Shown: positions 36,049-46,559 of the stretch, piece after piece | Layout: every line of letters starts with the position of its first letter | How positions within the stretch are numbered: position 1 is the first letter of the stretch | DNA from: a virus | Lineage: Duplodnaviria > Caudoviricetes | Virus record (IMG/VR): IMGVR_UViG_3300044652_000025 | Location: 64,001 to 128,000 of that record | Length of the DNA stretch: 64,000 nucleotides | Strand: one strand, 5' to 3' | Program-made: the position numbers and the translations under genes | Notes under the pieces: model-generated | Told to the model about the DNA's origin: nothing | The model's input: the letters and a program-made list of their open reading frames with translations, nothing else | Database searches by the model: none

Positions 36049-37590
36049 CTAGGACCGGGCCAGCCTCAGGATCTCCCGCCGGTGTGCCGCCGACACGAAC
36101 CCCTCCTCGTCGGCGTCGGCGTCGAGGAGCGCATCGGACCACTGGTTTCGCTTGAGGATGAGCCCGGCGATGGCTTCCTCGACGGTGCCCCGGGCGATGA
36201 AGCTCATCACCGTCACCGACGGGTGGGTGGAGTCGATCCGGTGGATCCGGTCCGAGCGCTGCACGTAGGCGGCGTAGGTCAGCGGCAACTCGTAGTGGAT
36301 CGCGTAGCTCGCCTCGGGGAGGTTGATGCCCCGCTGCCCGGCGTCGGAGGTCAGGAAGATCTGGGCCTGCCCGGCCCGGAAGGTGGCCTGAGCGGCGTCG
36401 CGGGCGTGCTGGGACAGCTGGCCGTGGTTGACGGCCACGGAGTACCCGCACTCCTCCAGCCGCTCCTGGATCAACGGCAGGACACTCTGGCCGAAGAAGG
36501 TGAAGATCACCGCCTGGGCACCCTGACCCTCTACGAGAGGTTGAAGGTACTCGACGAGGCGATCGAGCTTGGTCGAGCCCAGCGCCCGGAGCCCGGCCTC
36601 GCCGACCTCCCGGACAATGGTCCTGGAGATCTCCGACTCGGAGCGCACGAGGCTGGCCGGATGCCCGGCGATCTGACGCAGGATGGTGAAGACGGACGCG
36701 TCGTCGGCGCCCCGGAAGAGCCCATCGACCGTGTCGTAGAACTCCAGGTGGCGCCGGTCGAGATCAACGTAGGTGACCTCCTCCACCCGCCGCGGAAACT
36801 GCTCGATGACGTCGGGATCGGTCTTGCGCTTACGGAGCATGACCGGAGCGAGCTTCTGAGCCAGCGCCGGGATGTTCTTCCACTTGACGACGTTGCCGTA
36901 GATGTCCCGAGCCTCGACGTGGTCGTGCTCGAAGGAGTCGACAGTGCCGACAGTCGCCGGAGTGAGAATCCGACCGAGGTTGTAAAGGTTCTCCGGGCCG
37001 TTCTCGACCGGCGTCGCCGTCAGACCCATCACGCGGGTCACGGCGCACGACCTCAAGTGATTGATCAATGTGGCGTGGTGCTTGTGATTCTGACTGGAGC
37101 GATTACCGAGCTTCGTCATTTCGTCGAAGATCATCAGCACGCGCTGACCAGCGAATGCCTCAGCCAGGAAGTGCGGAGCCAGCCGTTTGGTCTTCCGACC
37201 GTTCACCGCCACCGGATGCGCGGCGTCGTTTCTCACGGTTTCGTATGTTCCGATCAGCACCTGAGGGAGATCATCGAGGATCCGCCGCCGAGTAGTCGGG
37301 GCGCCCTTGTAGACGCGGTGCGTCAACCGGGTGAAGCGCTCCAGGTCGGCGTCCCACTCGGTGAGTTTGTTCCGCTCACACACCACGAGACATAGATCGA
37401 TGAGTCCGTCCTCGAAGAGCATGGCGGCGGTAGCCATACCGATGTGCGTCTTGCCGATCCCAGTGTCGTAAACGACAAGGTTGTCATTCCGGAGGAGGGC
37501 GTAGGCGACCGCCTCGGCCTGAAAGGGCAGCAGACCCCAGGGTGAGGAATAGAGCGGCTGGGCCGGTGCCTCAGGGTTGGCGAGACTCAT
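36049..37590 (-). CDS. SNF2-family helicase
   Basis: DTGIGKT, FDE, GLTATPVEN, DAGQRGINL, QRSDRIHRI. Confidence 0.9.
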   Translation of the reverse strand: MSLANPEAPAQPLYSSPWGLLPFQAEAVAYALLRNDNLVVYDTGIGKTHIGMATAAMLFEDGLIDLCLVVCERNKLTEWDADLERFTRLTHRVYKGAPTTRRRILDDLPQVLIGTYETVRNDAAHPVAVNGRKTKRLAPHFLAEAFAGQRVLMIFDEMTKLGNRSSQNHKHHATLINHLRSCAVTRVMGLTATPVENGPENLYNLGRILTPATVGTVDSFEHDHVEARDIYGNVVKWKNIPALAQKLAPVMLRKRKTDPDVIEQFPRRVEEVTYVDLDRRHLEFYDTVDGLFRGADDASVFTILRQIAGHPASLVRSESEISRTIVREVGEAGLRALGSTKLDRLVEYLQPLVEGQGAQAVIFTFFGQSVLPLIQERLEECGYSVAVNHGQLSQHARDAAQATFRAGQAQIFLTSDAGQRGINLPEASYAIHYELPLTYAAYVQRSDRIHRIDSTHPSVTVMSFIARGTVEEAIAGLILKRNQWSDALLDADADEEGFVSAAHRREILRLARS

Positions 37591-37909
37591 CGACCACCGC
37601 GGCCCGGATGGCCCACGTCACGGTGAAGCCGCTGAGGGATCCGTCGGCGGAGAAGACCGCGACGGGCTCGTCCCGCAGGTAGAGGGTGCAGCGCCCCTGA
37701 GGCAGCGGGATCCCCGGCAGGCCCGGCACGCCGATGAACTCGGCGCTCAGCACCACACCGTCATCGAGGAGGCGCTTGGTCGCCGGAGCATTGACCAGGA
37801 CGGAACCCGGGATGCAGAACTCCATGCTCCAGGGACCGTCGTCGTGGAGAGCGCGTTCGAGCAGCCGGGCACGGTAGGCGATCTGGGAGACCAGTACGTC
37901 GAGAGCCAT
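37571..37909 (-). CDS. hypothetical protein
   Basis: AAGGAG SD. Confidence 0.55.
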   Translation of the reverse strand: MALDVLVSQIAYRARLLERALHDDGPWSMEFCIPGSVLVNAPATKRLLDDGVVLSAEFIGVPGLPGIPLPQGRCTLYLRDEPVAVFSADGSLSGFTVTWAIRAAVVDESRQP

Positions 37910-37965
37910 GGCAAGTTCTCCTTGCCAAGAGAGTACCTGGATCACCCCGGTTTTAACACCGAAAT

Positions 37966-38211
37966 CTACCGCGCAGGGATCGGCACCCACTGAGCCGCAT
38001 CGGGATCCCACATCTTCGCCACGACCGTGGACCCGATCCCAGTACGAATCTTCGTCGGGAACAAGATCGAGGGCGGCCAGTCTCTGGAGTATCGGACGAC
38101 CGTCGGCGTGTAGATCCCGGTAAAGGTCGTCACTCCCCCGGGGTTACTCCGCGGCGCGCTCCTGGTGAACTGTGACCCGTCCCGGATCGAGGTGAAGGTG
38201 AACGTCGCCAC
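37966..38211 (-). CDS. small virion-associated protein
   Basis: End of the tail operon; KMWDPDAAQWV motif. Confidence 0.55.
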   Translation of the reverse strand: MATFTFTSIRDGSQFTRSAPRSNPGGVTTFTGIYTPTVVRYSRDWPPSILFPTKIRTGIGSTVVAKMWDPDAAQWVPIPAR

Positions 38212-39185
38212 TAGATGTCCGAGTCCTGTTTGACCCAGAAGCCCATCCCGAAGGCCGACTGCCCGGCGAACTTGACGTAGTTCACGCCGCCGAGTTGGGC
38301 GACATCACCCGGCGGGCGGATGTCGGCGATGGTGTTGGTGTACGGCTCGTTGAAGAGGACCACGTCGTCGAGGTTGGCCCGCCACCCCATGCCCGACGCG
38401 GTGGGGATGTTGCTCTGGGCAAAGCCGTCGGGGCCGACGATGATGCAGGGGACTCCGACGGTCGCCCCGGTGACAGGGTCCGGGATCACCGAGCCGATCC
38501 GGACGAGACCCTCCTTAGCCGGGGTGGCGGGAAGGAAGGCGATCTTGTCGGAGTATTGAACGTACTGAATTCCCCTCGACGCCACGCTGTAGCCACCCGA
38601 CCCGCCGTAGGCATTGACCTCGTAAGGGTTGTGGTTCCTGGCCACGAAGAGGCACATCGGGTACCCGGCCCGAGCCGTGGCCAGCCCAACGATCGTCCCG
38701 GTCATCGACCAGGCGTTGGACCCCGCAGCGGTCGTGTACCACGACGACAGATACAACCGGCTCTTGGTCACCATGACGTTCCAGTTGACCGGCCAGGTGA
38801 TGCCGCTGCCCCATGATCCCTGCCAGGCGCTGACCCCGAGGGCGTTGTTCATGACGAGGGTGTTCATGGGCTGGGTGTAGTTGCGCGTCCCGTCAGGGTT
38901 CTGGGGGGCGTTCTGATCCCAAGCCACGAACTTGCCGATGGTGTGGGTCGAGATGTCGTAGGTCTCCCCGGCGTAGATGTAGAGCCAGGGATCGTTGACC
39001 GAGAAACCGACGTAGAAGTCTGTCGACGCGAGGTTCTGGGAGCCGAGGCACTTCCAGATGTACTGACTGCCGAGCGTCTCGACGAAGTCCCAGCCCGGAT
39101 GGGTGGTCATCAGGTCAGCCAAGTTGGTGTAGATCGTCGACGCCGCGGTGAGGCCGCCGCCGCTGATGGTGCCCGTTGCGTACAT
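38211..39185 (-). CDS. putative minor tail / virion protein
   Basis: Starts MYATGT; beta-rich; in the tail operon. Confidence 0.65.
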   Translation of the reverse strand: MYATGTISGGGLTAASTIYTNLADLMTTHPGWDFVETLGSQYIWKCLGSQNLASTDFYVGFSVNDPWLYIYAGETYDISTHTIGKFVAWDQNAPQNPDGTRNYTQPMNTLVMNNALGVSAWQGSWGSGITWPVNWNVMVTKSRLYLSSWYTTAAGSNAWSMTGTIVGLATARAGYPMCLFVARNHNPYEVNAYGGSGGYSVASRGIQYVQYSDKIAFLPATPAKEGLVRIGSVIPDPVTGATVGVPCIIVGPDGFAQSNIPTASGMGWRANLDDVVLFNEPYTNTIADIRPPGDVAQLGGVNYVKFAGQSAFGMGFWVKQDSDI

Positions 39186-39187
39186 GG

Positions 39188-39385
39188 TCAGCCTCCGGCG
39201 GTGTCGATCCAGACGAGGTTCACGCCGGGACTCGATGGTGGGGTGTCGCTGATGTAGATGGCCACGGCGATGGTCCCGAAGGCCGTGTCGATCTTGTCCA
39301 TGTTCTCGGCGATGTCGAGGGTGACGTCGACGTGGTCGGTCTCGTCCGGCCGCCGGAGATTGAGGTTGGGAGTCAGGGTGGCCAT
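39188..39385 (-). CDS. short tail-fibre adaptor protein
   Basis: TPNLNLRRP...NMDKID followed by SDTPP..VWIDT. Confidence 0.65.
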   Translation of the reverse strand: MATLTPNLNLRRPDETDHVDVTLDIAENMDKIDTAFGTIAVAIYISDTPPSSPGVNLVWIDTAGG

Positions 39386-39394
39386 GGGGTCCTT

Positions 39395-40060
39395 TCAGCC
39401 GTAGAGCGACGCCTCGCCGATGAGAGCCGAGAAGTGAAGGCCATAAAAGCCGTCGACGGTGACCTCGACCCATGACTTGGCTGGCGGCCCACTGTCGGAC
39501 TGGTAGACGAACGGCCCGAAGTCGGGATCGTGGGCGTTGTCGAGGAGGTCCCAGAAGCTCGCCCCGTCCCACGACTGGGCTCCGAAAGCAGACATCGTCC
39601 AGGGGTCAGGTATCCCGCCGCTGGGGATGGCACCGGTGGCGTCGGCCATCAGCGCGATGGCGAAGCTGATCTGATTGAGTTCGTAGGATCCGGCGATGTT
39701 GCTGGCGTAGGGCCACCCGGGGCCGGGATTGGGGGTCCAGAGCCCGAACGAGGCCGAGACGTAGGTCCCGGCCTTGAGAACCGTGGTGACCGTCGTGGTG
39801 AACCCGGTCGACGCCGTCAAGGCGATTGGGACCATCCTGCGCCCCGGTCCGTTATTGATGTAGTTCCCGCCCGGGGAGTACCAGAGGTCGAAGCTGCCGT
39901 CGACCACCTTGGCCCCGACATGGTTCAAGGTGGCATGCTGCCCGGCCGTAAGGACCTGGCTGTCGATCAGGTCCATGTTGTGGGCGATGTCGGCGGTGAC
40001 GTCGACGAAGTCGGTGGTGTCGGGCTTGCGGAGGCCCAGGTTCGGCGTCGTACTGCTCAA
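39395..40060 (-). CDS. tail fibre / receptor-binding protein
   Basis: TPNLGLRKP...NMDLID N-terminal anchor. Confidence 0.65.
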   Translation of the reverse strand: MSSTTPNLGLRKPDTTDFVDVTADIAHNMDLIDSQVLTAGQHATLNHVGAKVVDGSFDLWYSPGGNYINNGPGRRMVPIALTASTGFTTTVTTVLKAGTYVSASFGLWTPNPGPGWPYASNIAGSYELNQISFAIALMADATGAIPSGGIPDPWTMSAFGAQSWDGASFWDLLDNAHDPDFGPFVYQSDSGPPAKSWVEVTVDGFYGLHFSALIGEASLYG

Positions 40061-43000
40061 GGGATCACCTCGCCGTCGGCATGGTCATGGACACCACCGC
40101 TGACGCCGAGTTCGCCCCAGGTCTCATCCGAGACACCGCCCCAGGCGTCTCCGGCGATCGCACCCCAGGTCTCGGCACCGGCGTGGCCCGAGAGGTCATC
40201 GTCAGCGGTGCGGATGTAGACCTGACGGTAGGGCGTGACGTCGGGAAGGCCCTCCACCGGCAGCGACTGGTAGCGCCGGTTGGCGTACCACCAGCTGCGG
40301 GGGATGGGGATCGTCCAGGAGGTGAACTCCGGATCCTGGCTGATCGGCGGATCGTGGTCGTAGGTGGAGACGTTGGGGCCGCGCATCGTCCCGCTCTGAC
40401 GGCTGTTCTTGGCGCCCAGATACCACGGCCGGATCTTGAGGGAGTTGATGGCGACGTTGGGTCGCATCCCCCGCGCCCGCCACACCAGCTGGTTACCGGG
40501 ACCGGGGAAGACGAGGACGCCGTACTGGTTGTTGCGGATGCCGCGACCCGGCAGCCAGTCGTTGCCGCCGTCGACGCTGAACTCCCAGATGATCCCCTCA
40601 TCGAACAATGACAGGTTGTCGAGGCGCCAGGCGTCGTTGCTCTTGCCCCGTTGGATGAGCCGGACCCGGACCGTGGTGTCGTCCGGCGGCAGCGGCGGCG
40701 GCCCCGATGTGAGGACTTGAGCCGGATCCCCGAGCGGCGGCTCGACCGGCGGGGAGATGAGTGAGCGGTACTGGTAATGGACCGGCGGCGGAGGTGGGAC
40801 GTAGACAATGCCGACGTCGTGGCCGACGTACCACTCCAGCATCTCACCCTTGTGGCCAGTGATCTCCTTCTCGACGAGGACGGTGTCGTCATTGCCCGCC
40901 AGGATCTGGAGGACCAATGGGCTGGTCAGGTCGGTGTCGAGGATGACCCGGGCCGCGGCCCAGATGCGGACCTCCGGCGAGGGGGTGACGACCGGCGAGA
41001 CGATCCCGCCGTTGGTGGCGAGTTCGGCAGTGGTGTCCTCGACGGTGCGGTCCCGATAGGAGAACACCGGCTCGATCAGGCTCATGAACGGCCCGGGATC
41101 GGCGCTTTCGGTACGGTCGATCCGGGCCACCGACCGGGAGATGGAGACCGAGTTGTCGGTGCCGACCCAGGCCAACCGGGCGTCACCGACACGTTGCCAG
41201 CTGCTCGGGTCGTCCCAGCTGTAGGTGGCCAGCGCCGGGTTGACGAAGTCGGGGTCGGGGAGGATCTGGACGGCTTCGGTCTGCTGGGTGGCGAACTGGA
41301 GGGCGTAGATGTTGTTGCGGGACCCGAAGACGACACTGGTGGCCTGAACTGGTGCCGTCCCGGAGTAGAGCGTGTTGGGGAAGAACGTCCAGGTCCACCC
41401 GTCAGCGAGGTTGTGGGTGTCCCAGAAATGGTCCACATAGACCTGGGTGTCGTCGTCGGCCTCGAAGTCGAGCCGGTAGGCCTGGATGGAGTTGAGCCCC
41501 ACGAAGAAGGACAGCTTGGTGGTGTGGCGCACCTCAACGATCTCGTAGGTGTGACGGCTGGTGGTGGTGAAGCGCGGCGCGTCGTTCTCCTGGTGCCACG
41601 TCGTCAGCCCGAAGTGGAAGTCGAGATCGCGGAGCCGGTCGGTGGACGCCGGATCGGTGGCGTAGAGGGCCTCGGTGGGGTACACGCTGGTCGGCCGGTC
41701 GAGGATCGGCCGGAAGATCGAGTCCCGGAACTTGCCCGGGGCCATGACATCGACGGCGGCGGCGAGGCCTTCGGGCATGGCCTCGGCGGCGATACCGGTC
41801 TGCTTGGCCCGGTAGGACTCGACGATCCAGCGCGGGAAGAGCTTGGTCCGGCGGATGATCGGCACGAAGGACTCGTAGGCCTGGGCCGTGAGGTTGGTGA
41901 ACTCGAACTTGAACCACCGGGCCGCCGTCGGTGGGATGTGGATGAAGCCCTTCTGGAGGACGTAGTCCCGCGGTAGTGGCGTCCACACCACATCATCGAA
42001 AAATGAGTCGTCGGTAGGCTCGCCTTCGTCGTTCGACCAGTAGATCGTGATGTGGGCGCCCGAGTTGACCGGGTCGACCAGGAACCGGTCGATAGTCTGG
42101 CCGTTCCCGTACTCGTCCCGGCAGTCGAGATGGAGATTGACCACGGCGTAATTGACCGGCTGCGGCTCGGAGCGCCAGACCTTCGTCCCGCCGGAGAGAA
42201 GCACGTTGGAGGCGGGCTCCTCGTAGAGCCGGAACTCGACGAGGGATCCGAGGATGTCGGTCGTGGTGGCGATGGCCACGTTGGCTTCGGCGACGTCGGA
42301 GCGCTCGGTGATGCGGTAGCCGATGTCGAGGTTGCGAATGGCCAGCGAGTAGGGCACGAAGTGGGGGTTGAGGACGGTGCTGTAGCCCGCCAGCTGCGGT
42401 CCCTGGGCGTTGATGCGACGCAGGAGCACCCGGACCCTGGAGGTCGTGACCGGATCGATCCGGAAGCTGTACTTCTGCCAGTGACCCGGGGCGCTGTGAA
42501 GCGGGTCACCGACCTTCGGGTCCAGTGCCGTGGGGTTGACGAAGGAGGGCAGGGAGTCCGAGAGGGTCTCGTAGTGGACTTCCTGCCAGCCCTGGCCCTC
42601 GACGTAGACCTCGGTAGAGATGCCCTGGGGATAGTGGGCCGCCTCGAAGGTGATGTAGTTGACGATCCGGGGCGAGGAGATCCGGACCTCGATGACGTCG
42701 GCGGTGTTGTCGGCGGCGTCCCGGACCGGTGTGGTCCAGTAGCGCTGGGCCAACGACTCCTTGAAGACGGCGAACTGCGTCTGGCCGAGCGACATCACCA
42801 GCTGATCGAGCGGGACGCGGTCGACGTAGACCGGCGCCATGGTCTCGCGCGCCAGCACCAGCGCATTGGTCGTCGGTGCCTGGGCTCTCGGTATGGAGTA
42901 CGGCGCCGCGGTGACAATGGCATCGGACGCCGAGCGCCCGGCCAGGACGTAGCGCTGGGGCATCACCGCGGCTGAGGCGGGATAGTCGTAGTAGCTCCCA

Positions 43001-44058
43001 TCGGGGAAAACGACCCGCTGGGTCGGCATGAGCAGCGACCCGAACTGGTCGATGCTGTAGGCCGACGCTCCGGCCAGGACGCCGTTGTAGCTCCACGCCT
43101 CGCCCTGGTAGCCGGTGAAAGGGGGGCGGGGCTGCTCGGTCGGATCGGGGGACGACACCAGGTAGGGGTCGACCGCTGTGATCGGCCGGGCGGCGACGTA
43201 GGAGATGACCTCCCAGTAGGTGCTGTCGGCGTAGGCGCCCCGCAACGCCACCGGCTCGTGGACCTCGATGCCCTCGTACTCGATGGTGTAGCGGCTGTCA
43301 GCGGGCTTGATGCGGTCCAGGATCCGGGAGAGGTTGTAGGACTCCTCCAGGGTGATGGGACGGTGGGGACGGACCACGAACACCCGCCGGGGGGAGTCGA
43401 GCCGCGGCAGTGGACTGCCCTCCAGGTCGCCGTAGGAGACGCCCTCCATGTCGGTGTAGGTGTGACCCGACGTCGGGCCGTACTCGGCCTCAAGCTCGGC
43501 GTAGGTCCGGTACCCGGCGTCGGCCTGGTAGTAGCTCTCCAGGACATCGCAGTCGACGGAGAGGACCGCTTCAGCGGCGAGTTCGATGCCGGTGGGGGTC
43601 GGGCCGTAGGAGATTGCCCGACCGACCTGCTGGATCCGGGAGCGGTAGGAGGTGTCCTTGGTGTGAGTGTCGGTCCACTCGGCGAGCGTGGCCGTGCCCT
43701 GGTACGGATCGGTGAGATAGCGCTCCAGGCTGTTGCGGCGCATCCCGAACAGCGAGCCGTAGAAGCGGTCGAGGTCGAAGAAGTGGGTGCCCTGGAGGGC
43801 CTGCTGGAGCCGCGAGAGTGTGAGCCGTTTCTTGATCTGGCCCACCCCGGCGTCGCCGAGGAGGACTTTCATAAATCTGACGACGTGGCTTTCGGCCGAG
43901 AGGTCGTAGACCTCCTCCACGAAGTGCCGGAGCCGCTCGCTGAGGTTCTCCGGCGGCAGGACGAGGTCGGTCGCCCGGTCGGCGCCCTGGGGTCTGGGGG
44001 CGCCTTCGACCGTCTGCTGCTGGAGGATGGCCGCCGTGGGTTGCGAGGTCAGAGTCAC
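40057..44058 (-). CDS. large baseplate wedge / tail protein
   Basis: Follows baseplate J; DLDRFYG..FG..R...YRSRI wedge (gpI-like) motif. Confidence 0.7.
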   Translation of the reverse strand: MTLTSQPTAAILQQQTVEGAPRPQGADRATDLVLPPENLSERLRHFVEEVYDLSAESHVVRFMKVLLGDAGVGQIKKRLTLSRLQQALQGTHFFDLDRFYGSLFGMRRNSLERYLTDPYQGTATLAEWTDTHTKDTSYRSRIQQVGRAISYGPTPTGIELAAEAVLSVDCDVLESYYQADAGYRTYAELEAEYGPTSGHTYTDMEGVSYGDLEGSPLPRLDSPRRVFVVRPHRPITLEESYNLSRILDRIKPADSRYTIEYEGIEVHEPVALRGAYADSTYWEVISYVAARPITAVDPYLVSSPDPTEQPRPPFTGYQGEAWSYNGVLAGASAYSIDQFGSLLMPTQRVVFPDGSYYDYPASAAVMPQRYVLAGRSASDAIVTAAPYSIPRAQAPTTNALVLARETMAPVYVDRVPLDQLVMSLGQTQFAVFKESLAQRYWTTPVRDAADNTADVIEVRISSPRIVNYITFEAAHYPQGISTEVYVEGQGWQEVHYETLSDSLPSFVNPTALDPKVGDPLHSAPGHWQKYSFRIDPVTTSRVRVLLRRINAQGPQLAGYSTVLNPHFVPYSLAIRNLDIGYRITERSDVAEANVAIATTTDILGSLVEFRLYEEPASNVLLSGGTKVWRSEPQPVNYAVVNLHLDCRDEYGNGQTIDRFLVDPVNSGAHITIYWSNDEGEPTDDSFFDDVVWTPLPRDYVLQKGFIHIPPTAARWFKFEFTNLTAQAYESFVPIIRRTKLFPRWIVESYRAKQTGIAAEAMPEGLAAAVDVMAPGKFRDSIFRPILDRPTSVYPTEALYATDPASTDRLRDLDFHFGLTTWHQENDAPRFTTTSRHTYEIVEVRHTTKLSFFVGLNSIQAYRLDFEADDDTQVYVDHFWDTHNLADGWTWTFFPNTLYSGTAPVQATSVVFGSRNNIYALQFATQQTEAVQILPDPDFVNPALATYSWDDPSSWQRVGDARLAWVGTDNSVSISRSVARIDRTESADPGPFMSLIEPVFSYRDRTVEDTTAELATNGGIVSPVVTPSPEVRIWAAARVILDTDLTSPLVLQILAGNDDTVLVEKEITGHKGEMLEWYVGHDVGIVYVPPPPPVHYQYRSLISPPVEPPLGDPAQVLTSGPPPLPPDDTTVRVRLIQRGKSNDAWRLDNLSLFDEGIIWEFSVDGGNDWLPGRGIRNNQYGVLVFPGPGNQLVWRARGMRPNVAINSLKIRPWYLGAKNSRQSGTMRGPNVSTYDHDPPISQDPEFTSWTIPIPRSWWYANRRYQSLPVEGLPDVTPYRQVYIRTADDDLSGHAGAETWGAIAGDAWGGVSDETWGELGVSGGVHDHADGEVIP

Positions 44059-45848
44059 GGCAGATAGCTGAAGAACGTATTTTGGGCCTTGACTACGAGT
44101 GTGACGGCGTTGAAGACCGGTAGGACGTCGTCGCCGATGATCACGTCGATGGCAGACCCATCCCGCTCGTAGCGCTCGATGAACGTTCCTGCCCGGCTCA
44201 TCCGTTCGATGGCCCAGTGCTGGGCCGCGCTGAGGTCGTGGTAGTTGTCGGCCTGGGTGATGAAACGCACCGCGTCGATCCCCGGTACCTGCTGGACGAC
44301 GCCGAGGAGGTCGGAGACCTGGACGACGTCGTTGAAGCCGATTCGACTGATGAGGTTGCTGAGAGCGGCCTCGATCGTGGGCTGGACAGCGCCGACGCTG
44401 AAGCCCGACGAGAGCATGACGGCCAGATAGAGGTTGAGGTAAAGGATCTTGGCCGCGTGGACCTGGACGTCGGTGGTGATCAGCCGCCAGACGCGGATGT
44501 CCGTGTCGACGTCCTGCGGCACGGAGTTGAAGACGTAGTCCACGGTGAAGACGCTCTGATCCGGCGGGATGGTCCCCGGCGGGCTCCCCGCCAGGGTCGA
44601 GAACTCAATCCCCGAGTAGGAGTGGACGGTGCCGCCGCTGTTGGTGATGTCATTGACGGCCCAGTAGTCCGTGCCCTCGTGGTAGGTGATCCCGTTGATC
44701 ACGAGTTCGTCGTCGACCGAGGCGTCGTCCACCGGCCCGATCGGATAGGGCACGAAGTAGTTGCCCGTCACCGGGCTCGTCCCGTCGAAGCGGACGAAGT
44801 TGAACCGGTTGAACTTGTCGCCGGGCGTGGTGTTGAAGGTCCGGGTCGTCCGGAACAGCAGCGTCGCTGTGGCCTTGGTCGGGTTGTCGCCGTTGACGTA
44901 GAGATCGACGCGGTTGGTCACGCCGTTGGCTGGGTCGTTGCGGGACGCGACGGGCAGATACTCGAACTCCAGGTCGTAGACGCCGTCGGTGACCTTGCTG
45001 GGATTGAGTACCGTCACGGTGTTGGTCGAGGGGTCGAAGCTGTAGTCGATGCCGGGCACGAAGATGCCGCCAGCGTCAATATTGGTCCCGAACACCGCCG
45101 ACCCGTCGTAGACGTAGGCGGCGTCATTGATCGATGAAGTGCCGGTCCCGCCGACGATCTCCAGCTGCTCCCGGTGCCGTTTGGACGCCCCGATGACGTT
45201 GGCCTGGGTGACGTGGGGGTTGTTGAGGGCCACGCCGAGGAACATCTGCTCGGTCCCGGCCAGGTTGCGGAAGACCGTCTTCTTGAAGCGGTCCCGTAGC
45301 TGGGCGTCGCTCTCCTGGTCGGCCCCGCCGGACATCGCCGTCGGGTTGGAGATCGACGCGATACCCGCCACCGAGGTGATCATCCGCTGGACGGAGTTGG
45401 CCGCCACGTTGCCGCTGGCACCGCCGAGGAGAGCCTGGACCGGCACCGAGACGCTGGTGTCACCGGCCAGGAGGATGGCCGGGGTCATCGTCTGGAATAC
45501 CACCGGGGTGGCGTCGCCGGTCGCCACTTGGGTGCCGAAGGCGATGGCGAAGTTGGTACCGACGGCGGCGCTGGTGCGCTCGAAGGTGACCGCCCCTGTC
45601 GCCCTCTTGGCCGCCAGCCGGGCGAACCCGAAGATCCCCACGAAGTCGTCGAGGTCGGTCCCGGTCTTGGAGTCGATGTCGTACTGGTAGTCGAGGAGGT
45701 AGGTGTCGACGCTCGACTCGGCCACCACCTCGGCGACGGCGTCAAGGATCTTGCGGACCGGCGTGCCGATCGAGGTGTCGAGGTCGGGCTCGGAGACGGT
45801 CAGGGCCTGACGCATCTTGGCCACCACGTCGTTAACGGTGACGGGCAT
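44055..45848 (-). CDS. baseplate J-like protein
   Basis: G.DLDD, ATGAVTF, GGADQESDAQLRDRF. Confidence 0.9.
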   Translation of the reverse strand: MPVTVNDVVAKMRQALTVSEPDLDTSIGTPVRKILDAVAEVVAESSVDTYLLDYQYDIDSKTGTDLDDFVGIFGFARLAAKRATGAVTFERTSAAVGTNFAIAFGTQVATGDATPVVFQTMTPAILLAGDTSVSVPVQALLGGASGNVAANSVQRMITSVAGIASISNPTAMSGGADQESDAQLRDRFKKTVFRNLAGTEQMFLGVALNNPHVTQANVIGASKRHREQLEIVGGTGTSSINDAAYVYDGSAVFGTNIDAGGIFVPGIDYSFDPSTNTVTVLNPSKVTDGVYDLEFEYLPVASRNDPANGVTNRVDLYVNGDNPTKATATLLFRTTRTFNTTPGDKFNRFNFVRFDGTSPVTGNYFVPYPIGPVDDASVDDELVINGITYHEGTDYWAVNDITNSGGTVHSYSGIEFSTLAGSPPGTIPPDQSVFTVDYVFNSVPQDVDTDIRVWRLITTDVQVHAAKILYLNLYLAVMLSSGFSVGAVQPTIEAALSNLISRIGFNDVVQVSDLLGVVQQVPGIDAVRFITQADNYHDLSAAQHWAIERMSRAGTFIERYERDGSAIDVIIGDDVLPVFNAVTLVVKAQNTFFSYLP

Positions 45849-46274
45849 CTAGCTCACCGCCCGCACGAGCGTGACCGGCGTGTTGTTGAGGGTGGTGACC
45901 GTCACCCGCACCGCGTAGGAGTCGTAGCTCTGCTGGATGTCGATGGCCTGGATGGTGTTGACCAATTCCCCGGCCGAGAAGCGGCTCCGATTCCCGAGCA
46001 TGGTGTCCCGCTGGAGCATCTGCCCCTGGACGAACTGGTAGTTCTGGATGAGGCGGGTGACCTCGGCCTGGATCCGCATGGACGCCTCATCCATGGCTGG
46101 CATCCCGACGTACTCATGGAGGAGCGACCCCCACCGGGGATGGAACCGGTCGGAGCCGTAGGGCTCGCGGACCGCGACGCCGAGATCCTGCTTGACTTTG
46201 GCTGGGCCGTCGATGGTGGCGTAGCCACCCGGCCCGATCACAAAGTCCCCATTGACGATCTGGAGTGTCTTCAC
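45849..46274 (-). CDS. baseplate wedge protein (gp25/GPW-like)
   Basis: EPYGSDRFHPRWGS. Confidence 0.8.
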   Translation of the reverse strand: MKTLQIVNGDFVIGPGGYATIDGPAKVKQDLGVAVREPYGSDRFHPRWGSLLHEYVGMPAMDEASMRIQAEVTRLIQNYQFVQGQMLQRDTMLGNRSRFSAGELVNTIQAIDIQQSYDSYAVRVTVTTLNNTPVTLVRAVS

Positions 46275-46301
46275 CGGCTCACCTCACCCCTTCAGGTGGA
46301 C

Positions 46302-46559
46302 TCATGGGCTCATCCCTATGGCCCCGACGACCCAGACTCCCCCCGTCGTCACCTGAGCGGAGACGACTGCCTCGACATAGAAGTTGGCCACCCTCGATCG
46401 GATCTCAGGCTGGACGACCGCTTCGACGTACTCGTTGGCGACCCGCGACCGGATCTGAGGCTGAGTGGCGGCCTCGACGTACTCGTTGGCCACTCGGGCC
46501 GAGATGCCGCTCTGGGTTACGGCTTCGACGTACTCGTTGGCGACGCGGGCGGTGGTCAT
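46302..46559 (-). CDS. small protein of four 17-aa repeats (ARVANEYVEA)
   Basis: 51-nt tandem repeats; ATGA-coupled to the upstream gene. Confidence 0.75.
   Translation of the reverse strand: MTTARVANEYVEAVTQSGISARVANEYVEAATQPQIRSRVANEYVEAVVQPEIRSRVANFYVEAVVSAQVTTGGVWVVGAIGMSP

Noticed and set aside
46380-46550. Regularly spaced nucleotide repeats resembling a CRISPR array (also 53100-53290)
   Set aside because: The period is 51 nt, in frame with third-position variation; these are protein repeats and no cas operon is present
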